In this document: positions 18,701 through 26,799 of the stretch, piece by piece
Numbering within the stretch: position 1 is the stretch's first letter
How the letters are laid out: every line of letters starts with the position of its first letter
Translations under genes and position numbers: made by a program
Source: a virus
Lineage: Duplodnaviria > Caudoviricetes
Strand: one strand, 5' to 3'
Length of the DNA: 33,228 nt
IMG/VR virus record: IMGVR_UViG_3300027782_000224
Coordinates: 1-33,228 of that record
The notes under the pieces: generated by a model
Seen by the model: the letters and a program-made list of their open reading frames with translations, nothing else
The model's database searches: none
What the model was told of the DNA's origin: nothing

Positions 18701-20075
18701 AAGATAATCCAGCACCTACTGACTGAGAGTTTCCTCCTCTAGAAATATCAAAAGCAATGGCATCAACAATTAATCCAACATCCCTCTTACATTTTGCTCT
18801 TCCTGTTTGAATACCTGTAGGACCAAAACCATAATCAAAATTAACTCCATTTGTGCCAAATGGACCATATCTACTTGTTATAAATCCTACAACTTCTTCT
18901 GCAATATAATCTTTGTTTCTTACTAACAGATTTGCAGCATCTAAAAATCTTCCACTGATTCCAAGTGCCTGAGAACCAAGTACAGAATATGCATATCCTA
19001 CATTATTATTAGAATCTAATACTTCTCCCCTAACTCTTAAATCCCCAGCAACATCTAAAGTTCTTGTTGGAAGTGTTGTTCCAATACCTACAATTGGATG
19101 AATATTTTTAAGGAAAACATTTTCATTTGAAGTTACTGATGTAACACCAAGATTTTGGAATGTTGCTAAGGTTGCACCAATACCAACATCTAATAATGCA
19201 GTGGTTGTAATTCCTGTAACAAGTAATTGATTTATTTCGGATACTATTACTTTTTCTCTTCCAATAGTAGCAATACCAATAGTTGCCACACCAACCCATG
19301 CATTGGTAATTGTAGCAAAACCAATAGTAGAAACTCCTACATACTCATTGGTAATTGTGGCAAAACCAATGGTAGAAACTCCTACATACTCATTGGTAAT
19401 TGTGGCAAATCCAATAGTTGCTACACCAACCCATGCATTGGTAATAGTAGCAAAACCAATAGTAGAAATTCCTACAAATTCATTCGTAATAGTAGCATAT
19501 CCAACTACTCTTAAATTGCCATTAATATCTACATTATAGTTTGGAGATAATGTATTGACTCCAATATATCCATAGTTATTAATAACTACATTAGAATTAG
19601 AACCTTTTGCTTTAAATTGAAATCCTGTTACTGGATATTCTGTTCCTATACCTACAGAACCAACTCCAGTAATGACAACATAATCAGAAGAACCAGCACC
19701 TACAAACTCAAAATCTTGTTTTGGATTGACTGTACCAACACCAAAAGAACCAATACCAGTAACAACTACGGCATTTGATGCTTGTCCATTAACTTGGAAA
19801 ACTTGTGTTGGATTTGTGGTTCCAATACCTATAGCATCAGAAACAACAGCAGTTCCTATTACATCAAGGCGTTGAGTTGGTGTTGTGGTCCCTACACCGA
19901 CTCTATTTTCTACTAAAACATCATCTTCAACTCTTACATTACCAGCAACATCAAGTAAATACTCACCTGTGGTTTTACCAACAGAAACAGTTTGATTTAA
20001 TACATCTGCATATACAGTGTCTGATCCTACTCTTAGACCAGTTTTAACTCTAAAAAAAGTATCTTCTGAAGGCAT
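15798..20075 (-). CDS. Large virion structural/fibre protein (1425 aa)
   Basis: N-terminal GIGT beta repeats, 15-aa tandem repeats, three helical repeats (DA.NL...NK.FIA.E...C.(R/D)D...I.DA), and a C-terminal half homologous to 6333..8195. Confidence 0.88.
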   Translation of the reverse strand: MPSEDTFFRVKTGLRVGSDTVYADVLNQTVSVGKTTGEYLLDVAGNVRVEDDVLVENRVGVGTTTPTQRLDVIGTAVVSDAIGIGTTNPTQVFQVNGQASNAVVVTGIGSFGVGTVNPKQDFEFVGAGSSDYVVITGVGSVGIGTEYPVTGFQFKAKGSNSNVVINNYGYIGVNTLSPNYNVDINGNLRVVGYATITNEFVGISTIGFATITNAWVGVATIGFATITNEYVGVSTIGFATITNEYVGVSTIGFATITNAWVGVATIGIATIGREKVIVSEINQLLVTGITTTALLDVGIGATLATFQNLGVTSVTSNENVFLKNIHPIVGIGTTLPTRTLDVAGDLRVRGEVLDSNNNVGYAYSVLGSQALGISGRFLDAANLLVRNKDYIAEEVVGFITSRYGPFGTNGVNFDYGFGPTGIQTGRAKCKRDVGLIVDAIAFDISRGGNSQSVGAGLSYNNGALQYLNDSPSIPSGLSAGYVKTAAVAGISTIASMARYIINNVQFPTSYQYGPYFGRFYDASNLIEVNKTFIAEIAVGRMLADNPSFVIPTGNQRCVDDVLLILDAIIYNLRYTGNDRVYDAAKFYIDNPTLLAGEEAQSIEVYNWVADIATYVMRNENAVLLLGGTYGTTRTQVYNNNLIIDGATNCANVASAIATFIAIITQAITPGNLIGINRTPAIRGITQLFDTTLAPDGDSNTNPNGCSNVVSAIYSCVGIVTTIIDGGPAVAPNVNYPAGQLTWQPPGPRIGNEWFVNKLGSDFNGGTGPGDAFLTIKKAASLAQPGDTIKVYAGLYVEDGPIKLNERVAVVGEDLRRTLVTTKDPTDLYYVKRGCYISQQSFVGPSNPGKAMVSFPTMGYGYADGTEENWQSPYVQNCTNFVPDSIGMRIDGSRAGGFKSMVLDAFTQYNQGGIGVSITNFGYAQLVSLFTICCDTAVYCNSGGVCDLNNSNSSFGNYGLVSNGATPLQYTGTVTTAPTGDNVDSLVINVGVGASQAFIDSVDLLRENKDFIASEAVGFITSTNGPFGIDGAYFDYGGSPIGRTICRRDSKIIVDALCSDILTLSNISSIEAGLAYRDSEDGSLTYLPETSPPPVGFSSGYVKDAELALVSYIAGISTYIAQNINVPVSYQSGVGSFAQYKDESKLYSSNIKPFITSRAGIITSIIGIGTQAVPERVLPKGQRPYDGQIAVIGTQYYFVSSIVIDDPGSGYDPTIPVEVVIDLPQDSDFFIPAEAAVFEDNINEDGSIGGVTILISGTGYTETPPTVTIAAPPGAGTQATAHAVMEKYFFNPVSASTVSAGGTTTVTFDQFITYASPDRPDLLGVGTTVYFYQSSKIIASSITFEYIGTGINIVNAIPSKGAVPITDNQIVATNGGKVPFTSTDQGGNFRISEGITINQNTGTISGQAFSKSLQAEVTPLIIALQQ
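19262..19500. repeat. 45-bp (15-aa) tandem repeat, ~5 copies
   Basis: ATITN(E/A)(F/W/Y)VG(V/I)(S/A)TIGF repeated in frame. Confidence 0.9.
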
Positions 20076-20112
20076 TGGGTTCCACTATCCCCCGTTTATA
20101 AGATTATTTATA
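20075..20112 (-). promoter_or_regulatory. Late promoter TATAAATA (20105-20112) plus conserved 22-nt leader, copy 2
   Basis: Identical 22-mer abutting the ATG of the 1425-aa gene. Confidence 0.82.
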
Positions 20113-23100
20113 CAGTCCTCATAATAAAGGCAAGTGCATAGTATGGAGGAAGGTTTTTATCCGTTGCTGGGAAACCTTCTGTTGAAATTGTTGTTCCAAC
20201 TGTGATTCCAGTCGAAGCAAGTCCAGTATCAATAGTTCCTCTACTTCCATTACCACCACTAAAACTAGCACCATTGGTATTTCCATTGGTCAAATTTGTC
20301 CTGTGGAAGTGTCCAGGATCACTAACACTTGAAGTTGCAGTATGACTGTGAGATACTAGGGTTGCATCAGCACTACCACCAATTGCTCCAACAGCATAAC
20401 TACTACCAGCACCAACAAGGAATCTATCTTGTAAGTTTGGTGTCCCATTATTACCATCACAAATTGCCCATCCTGTTGGAATACTTACAACAGAACCAGA
20501 CCACATAATAATTCCACCAACTGGAATAGTTCCATTCCCAACAAATGTTGTTGCTGTAGCAATTCCAGTTACATTAACACCAGAATTTAATGCAGTAGCA
20601 CCAGTAACAGTTAAATCTCCATTAAGCTGGGTATTTTTATTTAAATTGATTGTATTTCCATTGGAAGAAATATTTGAAACAGTTAAAGAATTAATACCTA
20701 CTAATGCTGTAGTAGCATCAATACTAATATTAACTTTTAAAGTATTAACTGTTAAATCATCTAAAGATGAAACAGTTGATGGGGAAGTTCCTATAGAAAG
20801 TCCATTAGATACTAAGATTTCTTCACCAGTTGTAGCATCATATTTTTTACGACCAATAAAGAATTCTCCATTACTATTCATTCCAGTATAAACTACTAAT
20901 CCTCCATCAGAAGGCAATGCTTGTGAAATTAAAGTTTCATCATTTGTCAATACCTTACTTTGATTAGTAGGCATACCAGTTGAATAGTTACCTGGACCAA
21001 ATCCAGTGTATTCAAATGTATGACCTGATGCTCTAAGAATAGAGTTTCTCCTTAGTTCAACAGCAGCAACTTTAAGTCTTCTAACTGCAGTTGCATTAAG
21101 GTGAGTAGTAGGAATTGTTCCAAGTACTCCTCTCTTAACATTAATAGTAGTAGAAGTAGTGCTAGTAACACTATTCTTACTAGTAATCAACATAATTTCA
21201 TCTTCAATTTGAATGAAATCTCCTTTATGAAATGCAATTGCTGGTGTAATTGGAAAAGATGTTACTGTAGGATCTGTTGCAATTGCAGTACTATTAACTT
21301 TTGCAACAACACCATCAGTAAGAGCAAATTGTCTAGTTGAAATATTTTCTGAAGTAGAATTTGTATTTTTAACTTGAGATGTCAAACCTGAATGATAAAC
21401 ATAATCTCCTGCTAAAACACCTGTTGTAACTACATCACCCCTTACTGTAAAAGTATTAACATCAACTTTACTCACAACAGTGAATACTGTATCAATAACA
21501 GGTCCTGCTGCTGTTTGGAATTTTACTTTATTTCCTGGAAGATATGGTTGATTTGAGTTTCCATCATTTGTAGTAATAATTGTACTAATATTTGTAGTTA
21601 AATTATATGAACATGAAGCAATATTTTGTTTTGGTATAGAACAAAGTACTACAGCAGGAGATGAAGTTTCTGTTACACCAAAAGAATTTTCATATACAAT
21701 TGTATTAGTAGTAATTGAAGTAATTGGGAAAACTCCATTATTTTCTGGATATCTAGACCCTAATACTTGAACACATCCCAATACTGCTGGTGTCAATATA
21801 TCAACTACACAAGTAGTGGCATTAGTAGAACCTGGAATTCCTTTTACTGATAATGTGTCTCCAACTGCATATCCAGAACCTGTATTAGTAATTACTATTC
21901 CAGTTACTACATTTCCTGCAACTGTGACTCTTGCTGTTGCACTTTCTCCAGAACCACCACAAAGAGGAACATCAAAATAAGTTCCATTATCATATCCAGA
22001 ACCAGATACTATAGTAGTAACATGTGAAACTCCATGTAACTGATGATTTGTCTGGGTGGTTAAAGTAGAAGTGCTTCCTGATTGTGATATAGAAGAAACT
22101 TCAATCCCACCATTAAAGTCTTTGAGGTATTGAATAAGAGATTCTTTAGTTGAACTTAAAGATGAATCACTTATATCAACCTTACCAATAGTGCTTCTTG
22201 ATGCTGCACTTACCGATGATTCTGGGTCAGAATTTAAATTATCATAATCAACCTTTGGGTAAATGTTGTTTAGATTTTGTGATAATTTATAATCATTAGT
22301 ATTAAATGGAGATACTGATGGTACATTTTTAAATGTATTCAATTCTACATGATAAACACCATCATAAGCATTTTGTACATACTTTTGAATAGTTTTAATC
22401 TTATAAATTTGATTACTATTTGAGGTTGATTCTGTTGTAAAGTATGGTACATCATTACCAATTTGTCTATTTCCACTTAGAATTGTGTATGGAGCAAATC
22501 TAAAGGTATCAGAAACACAATTTCTAGTATTCAACCATGATGGGGTTGAGGATGTAACTGTACTTATAGAACCTGGATTTCTATCAATATTGTAAGTAAA
22601 GTGAATATCACTAACAACACTTGCAACTTCAAAACTACCATTAAATCCTACGCCAGTTCCAAGTCCTACTGCACTTGGTTCATTAGAACTCTTGAGATCG
22701 TAAATATTAACTTTATTTCCTGCTTTTAATCCATGAGGACTACTTGTAACAATATGTGCTGTTGTTGTCAATCCTACTGTAGAAGTCCATCCATCTATAA
22801 CAATTCCCTTATTTCTAACTAATTTTAATACATCAGTACCACCTGTTAATGCTATTTCGGAATTGCCAGTGTTTCCTGCAGCATATGAAGAATCTAAAAT
22901 TGTTGAAGATTTTTGAAGAATAAACCCTGGGGATAATTCTGAAGCATTTTCTGATTCTTTTGGAATTACTACTCTCAATCTATAAATTTTATCTTCTAAT
23001 ACTCTTGAATCAATTCCTCTCTTAATATAACAAATTGGATTTACCTTTCCAATCAATCCATCACGAAATACTGTATTTGTTTGAATAGCAAGATACCAAT

Positions 23101-25225
23101 TGCTATTAGTAGCATCCCATTGCAATGGACTTCCTGGATCTCCTGGAAGAGCATCTGCAACCTGAACCACTAGTTTTAAATTATTTGTTGGTGTTAATCC
23201 AATTTGGTTTTTAATATCAACAAGAGTAACTGAATTTACATTATCAGAAATAGTTAATGTTGTTGATGTCTTATTATTAGAATTGACATAATATACTTTA
23301 TCTGGGTCTAATCCATCTGGAAGAATACCATTTGAAGAAATAATTCTTACTGCTTGTTTTGTAACAATATTAGTAATGTTTCCATCAACTGTAATAATAT
23401 TGGTTGCTGGGTCTATAGCAGTAATGTTATAAGAAGTTTTATAACTAGGAACAATCAATGCAGATTGTTCTGTTGCATCTCCTTGATAATAAATTGTATC
23501 TGATTCTGCACCACCTATAGTATAATTTCTTATGGTTTTTGATGGAGGGGAAAAGAAATCAGTATATCCATTTAAATATACACTAGAACCAGAACCTACT
23601 GTGGTCAGTCCAACATTTATATTTAAATAATTTGCATTGTATTGATCTGTTAATACATCTTTTGGAGGAATAATGTGAGTAACAAATGCAAAGTCATCTT
23701 TTGGTAAGTTGTAATCCTTAAATCCTTTAGAAACTAAAGATAGTGCACCAAAGTTACTATTAGAGTTGGTGATACTTTGGTCACCACCAGTATATGCTAA
23801 AAATTGTTTTGAATATCCAATAGCAAAGATAGATACACACTGAATAAATGCATCATTAGATGCTTTTATATGTACACTTTCCCAATTTGGATTATAGACT
23901 GAATTTGGGTCTTGATGTAATGAAACTGATGAACCCAATTCTGATTGAGTTTTATATGTTCCACTTACTTCATCATATCTTACAAATGCTCTATCATCTC
24001 TTTGTAATGAAATACCAGTAAATTGAGCAGTTACCATGCTCTTGAATCCAGTTGCTTTGGAACCATCAGCATGAAGACCATTCATACCATAAACTGATTT
24101 TAAACTACAGTTAAAAACATAAGGAGAACTGGAATTAACAGTGTCGGAAAGAACTTTAACTGTTGCTTCACCAAATAATGGATTTTTTGTAGTTGGTGGA
24201 GAAGTTAATAAGTATGTAAATTGTGTTGGACTAACAACACTAGATACTATAAAAGAACCATTATATTGCTGTTCGTCTATTAAATTCCCTGTTCCAACGC
24301 CAGTAATTTGAATAGGAGTAAGAGCACTTAAATTATGATCTGTTTGTGTTGTTACTGTAATGGTGGAACTTGTTGGTCCAGTTAGTCCACCAGAAATAAT
24401 TGCAGAAATATTTACAAAACCTTGTCCTAAATCCCCAACAATTTTATTTTCTTCTGTATTTGGTTCAAAGTCAGTAATTCCAACAATAGGTCTCCCTGAT
24501 AAATTATCATATGCAGCACTTAATTTATAATAATAATTTTGTAAATCTGTATATGGTGATTTTGGTAAAATATTCTTACCATCAGCATATTCAAATGCTG
24601 TCAATTTATGGTGGGAATATGTAGGAGCAACTCTATTTGAGGAAGTATTATAAAAAACAGATGATGAAGGATTTCCATCATAGATTGAAAATCCAAAAAC
24701 ATATGATCCACCAGTTAATCTAAAAATAGCAGTACTTGGAACAGTATCATCATCTGGTTGTGGAATATATTTTGGACGTATTTTAGTCTTTCTTAAATCA
24801 GTAGCAACTAAAGATACTCCTTTAGGGACAATAACTCCACCTTCTGCACTATTATAAGGATAAAGATCATTATTTACATCAGTAATATCAAAATTTGATG
24901 CTACTGAAAATTGTATAATTGTTTTTTCTGCGCCATTCACATCCCTAATTACTGACCCATCATAATAATATCCAGGTCTATTATCAATATAGTGAGTTCC
25001 TGGAGAAATTAAAATTGTGGTTTGGTCAAATAAATCATTGTTAATACCAGGGACATAAGAAAACCTAGCAGCTTCTATTAAAGCTCTTTGGATTGTTTTA
25101 AATGGTCTGGTTCTTGAATTACCTCTATTCTCAATAGAATCTGTAGAATCTAACTCATTAGGATCTACATATATTGTATTGCCATTTAAATTTTTTAAAA
25201 AATTCTCTAATCTTGCTAAAGGCAT
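20108..25225 (-). CDS. Large tail fibre/baseplate-associated protein (1705 aa) with a C-terminal tail-collar domain
   Basis: Beta-helix start (IYVDP..RPFKTIQRAL..ISPGTHY). The C-terminal IPVGGIIMWSG...PTGWAICDG..GTPNLQDRF collar motif is followed by HSH and HFH motifs and NLPPYYALAFIMR. Confidence 0.88.
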   Translation of the reverse strand: MPLARLENFLKNLNGNTIYVDPNELDSTDSIENRGNSRTRPFKTIQRALIEAARFSYVPGINNDLFDQTTILISPGTHYIDNRPGYYYDGSVIRDVNGAEKTIIQFSVASNFDITDVNNDLYPYNSAEGGVIVPKGVSLVATDLRKTKIRPKYIPQPDDDTVPSTAIFRLTGGSYVFGFSIYDGNPSSSVFYNTSSNRVAPTYSHHKLTAFEYADGKNILPKSPYTDLQNYYYKLSAAYDNLSGRPIVGITDFEPNTEENKIVGDLGQGFVNISAIISGGLTGPTSSTITVTTQTDHNLSALTPIQITGVGTGNLIDEQQYNGSFIVSSVVSPTQFTYLLTSPPTTKNPLFGEATVKVLSDTVNSSSPYVFNCSLKSVYGMNGLHADGSKATGFKSMVTAQFTGISLQRDDRAFVRYDEVSGTYKTQSELGSSVSLHQDPNSVYNPNWESVHIKASNDAFIQCVSIFAIGYSKQFLAYTGGDQSITNSNSNFGALSLVSKGFKDYNLPKDDFAFVTHIIPPKDVLTDQYNANYLNINVGLTTVGSGSSVYLNGYTDFFSPPSKTIRNYTIGGAESDTIYYQGDATEQSALIVPSYKTSYNITAIDPATNIITVDGNITNIVTKQAVRIISSNGILPDGLDPDKVYYVNSNNKTSTTLTISDNVNSVTLVDIKNQIGLTPTNNLKLVVQVADALPGDPGSPLQWDATNSNWYLAIQTNTVFRDGLIGKVNPICYIKRGIDSRVLEDKIYRLRVVIPKESENASELSPGFILQKSSTILDSSYAAGNTGNSEIALTGGTDVLKLVRNKGIVIDGWTSTVGLTTTAHIVTSSPHGLKAGNKVNIYDLKSSNEPSAVGLGTGVGFNGSFEVASVVSDIHFTYNIDRNPGSISTVTSSTPSWLNTRNCVSDTFRFAPYTILSGNRQIGNDVPYFTTESTSNSNQIYKIKTIQKYVQNAYDGVYHVELNTFKNVPSVSPFNTNDYKLSQNLNNIYPKVDYDNLNSDPESSVSAASRSTIGKVDISDSSLSSTKESLIQYLKDFNGGIEVSSISQSGSTSTLTTQTNHQLHGVSHVTTIVSGSGYDNGTYFDVPLCGGSGESATARVTVAGNVVTGIVITNTGSGYAVGDTLSVKGIPGSTNATTCVVDILTPAVLGCVQVLGSRYPENNGVFPITSITTNTIVYENSFGVTETSSPAVVLCSIPKQNIASCSYNLTTNISTIITTNDGNSNQPYLPGNKVKFQTAAGPVIDTVFTVVSKVDVNTFTVRGDVVTTGVLAGDYVYHSGLTSQVKNTNSTSENISTRQFALTDGVVAKVNSTAIATDPTVTSFPITPAIAFHKGDFIQIEDEIMLITSKNSVTSTTSTTINVKRGVLGTIPTTHLNATAVRRLKVAAVELRRNSILRASGHTFEYTGFGPGNYSTGMPTNQSKVLTNDETLISQALPSDGGLVVYTGMNSNGEFFIGRKKYDATTGEEILVSNGLSIGTSPSTVSSLDDLTVNTLKVNISIDATTALVGINSLTVSNISSNGNTINLNKNTQLNGDLTVTGATALNSGVNVTGIATATTFVGNGTIPVGGIIMWSGSVVSIPTGWAICDGNNGTPNLQDRFLVGAGSSYAVGAIGGSADATLVSHSHTATSSVSDPGHFHRTNLTNGNTNGASFSGGNGSRGTIDTGLASTGITVGTTISTEGFPATDKNLPPYYALAFIMRTV

Positions 25226-25259
25226 TTCAGATTATCCTTCATTTGTACTTCTTCTGTCT

Positions 25260-25275
25260 TATTTATCAATAAATA
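25260..25275. promoter_or_regulatory. Back-to-back divergent late promoters
   Basis: TATTTAT-CA-ATAAATA between divergent genes starting at 25225 (-) and 25298 (+). Confidence 0.7.
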
Positions 25276-25297
25276 GGATTATTAATATTTTTGAATA

Positions 25298-26023
25298 ATG
25301 TCTATTAGTACTGAAACTCAAGCACTCCTTGACTTATATAATCAAAAACTTTCTTTAGATACTCAACAATTATCTCAGATTAATACAGTCCAGACTGGAT
25401 ATACAATTACTACAGGAATTGGATCAACTGACCAAATTAAAATCTGGGGTCCAACAGATGTAATAGCAAACTATAATCCTCCAATTGTAAAATTAGATAA
25501 TAGAATTATTGAAATTAATGATCAAATTAATGTTTTACAGCAATTAGTTTTAGATATAGGAGAAGAAGCAAATGCTGTAGGTTGTGGAACTACTGCGTTT
25601 TTTATTGGATTTAGTACAGTTACTATTGTTAGTGACCAATTGAATTATAGAGGATATACATTTACTACCCCAAATCCATTTTCTGTAATTACTGGAACTT
25701 TAATCAATAGTAATTCTGGAATTGGCACAGAAGATTATATTACACAACCAGTACTTGGAGGGTATTTTGGTCCTATTGGTACAAATGGTATATGTGCTGG
25801 ATATGCAACATCTATTACAAACTTAGAATCACAAATTACAACTTTACAAAATGAAAGAAATCCATTAATAGAAAAAGTTAATTTTTTAAAAGCAGGAAGG
25901 TCACAATATGAACTACAAAATTATGGATTGGAACAATCAAAAGTACAAGTAAATAGTGCCATTAGTGTTAGTAATTCAATTGTAGGATTTCTCCAAGACC
26001 CTGCAAATGCAGAATGGTTATAA
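25298..26023 (+). CDS. Hypothetical protein with coiled-coil segments (241 aa), probably late/virion
   Basis: Only clear plus-strand gene; two heptad segments; late promoter upstream. Confidence 0.82.
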   Translation: MSISTETQALLDLYNQKLSLDTQQLSQINTVQTGYTITTGIGSTDQIKIWGPTDVIANYNPPIVKLDNRIIEINDQINVLQQLVLDIGEEANAVGCGTTAFFIGFSTVTIVSDQLNYRGYTFTTPNPFSVITGTLINSNSGIGTEDYITQPVLGGYFGPIGTNGICAGYATSITNLESQITTLQNERNPLIEKVNFLKAGRSQYELQNYGLEQSKVQVNSAISVSNSIVGFLQDPANAEWL

Positions 26024-26087
26024 AAACCCTACAGGCAATTTTTACCTGGAGATTTTTCGAGGGTATTTTTGGAATAAAAAGTTGATT

Positions 26088-26567
26088 TTAGTTTTGGGTC
26101 TTTTTATTTTTACCTCTGTAAGTTTCTGTTTGTGCATGACAGTTGGGACAAAGTAATCTCAAATTTTCTAATCTATTATCAGTATGAATGCCATTAATAT
26201 GATCTAATTCAATAGGAGTTAATTGTCCCATCCACTCTGTTATACCACAACACTCACACTTATGTTGTTTAAGACCTTCTATGATAAGACGCTGCTTAAG
26301 TTTATGAGATGGATATGTATATTCTCTATCATCAACTAAGAGTGTTTCTAATGATTTTTTGTTCCAATTATGTGTTTTACCTTTTAGGTGACCTTGGCCA
26401 GTAAAATGAGAATCATCAAGATTTAAAGTTTTTATTCTTTTTTGAGAAACTTTATAATTTCCACCTGCTTCTTTTAAATTGAGTTTGGATAAAACTTGTC
26501 TAATACTTGTGGAGGTTCTGACTGCTTCTATAAACTGCTCATCAGTATAAGTTCTTGGTTTTGCCAT
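26088..26567 (-). CDS. Free-standing HNH endonuclease (putative homing endonuclease)
   Basis: CECC...ELDHING...DNRLENLRLLCPNCH (HNH plus Zn ligands) with a helical, HTH-like N-terminus. Confidence 0.92.
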   Translation of the reverse strand: MAKPRTYTDEQFIEAVRTSTSIRQVLSKLNLKEAGGNYKVSQKRIKTLNLDDSHFTGQGHLKGKTHNWNKKSLETLLVDDREYTYPSHKLKQRLIIEGLKQHKCECCGITEWMGQLTPIELDHINGIHTDNRLENLRLLCPNCHAQTETYRGKNKKTQN

Positions 26568-26575
26568 AATGGTAT

Positions 26576-26609
26576 AGGTAAAGGTATTATTATTTATATA
26601 CCTTTACCT
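26576..26609 (-). promoter_or_regulatory. 12-bp perfect hairpin with a late promoter (TATAAATA, 26591-26598) over its loop
   Basis: Arms aggtaaaggtat (26576-26587) and atacctttacct (26598-26609), 8 nt from the HNH ATG. Confidence 0.8.
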
Positions 26610-26614
26610 TTTAA

Positions 26615-26687
26615 TAGGAGTGAGTGGATTCGAACCACCGCTGGAAACATTTTAAGTGTTCTGTCTCTTCCGCTGGACTACACTCCC
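26615..26687 (-). tRNA. trnL: tRNA-Leu, anticodon UAA, 73 nt, short variable loop, CCA not encoded
   Basis: GGGAGTG/CACTCCT acceptor, GTC/GAC D stem, GAACA-CTTAAAA-TGTTT anticodon arm (TAA at 26652-26654), GGTGG-TTCGAAT-CCACT T arm, discriminator A. Confidence 0.92.
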
Positions 26688-26770
26688 AAATTTAGGGAGA
26701 GTAATAACTCTCCCAATTAGCACATTTAAAGGAGGTATTACTCCCCTAAAACCTTCACACGGACCAAAAT

Positions 26771-26799
26771 ATTATACCAAAACCTTACCACTAAGTCAA
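26771..26799 (-). promoter_or_regulatory. Sigma70-type (early) promoter upstream of the tRNA
   Basis: TTGACT-17 nt-TATAAT with an extended TGn. Confidence 0.8.

Noticed and set aside
26024-26087. Imperfect inverted repeats between convergent genes as a terminator or origin
   Set aside because: Pairing is weak and interrupted, so no specific call is supportable.
26615-26687. Suppressor tRNA or recoded genetic code
   Set aside because: The anticodon reads 5'-UAA-3', which decodes Leu UUA rather than a stop. Genes are long and tightly packed under the standard code.
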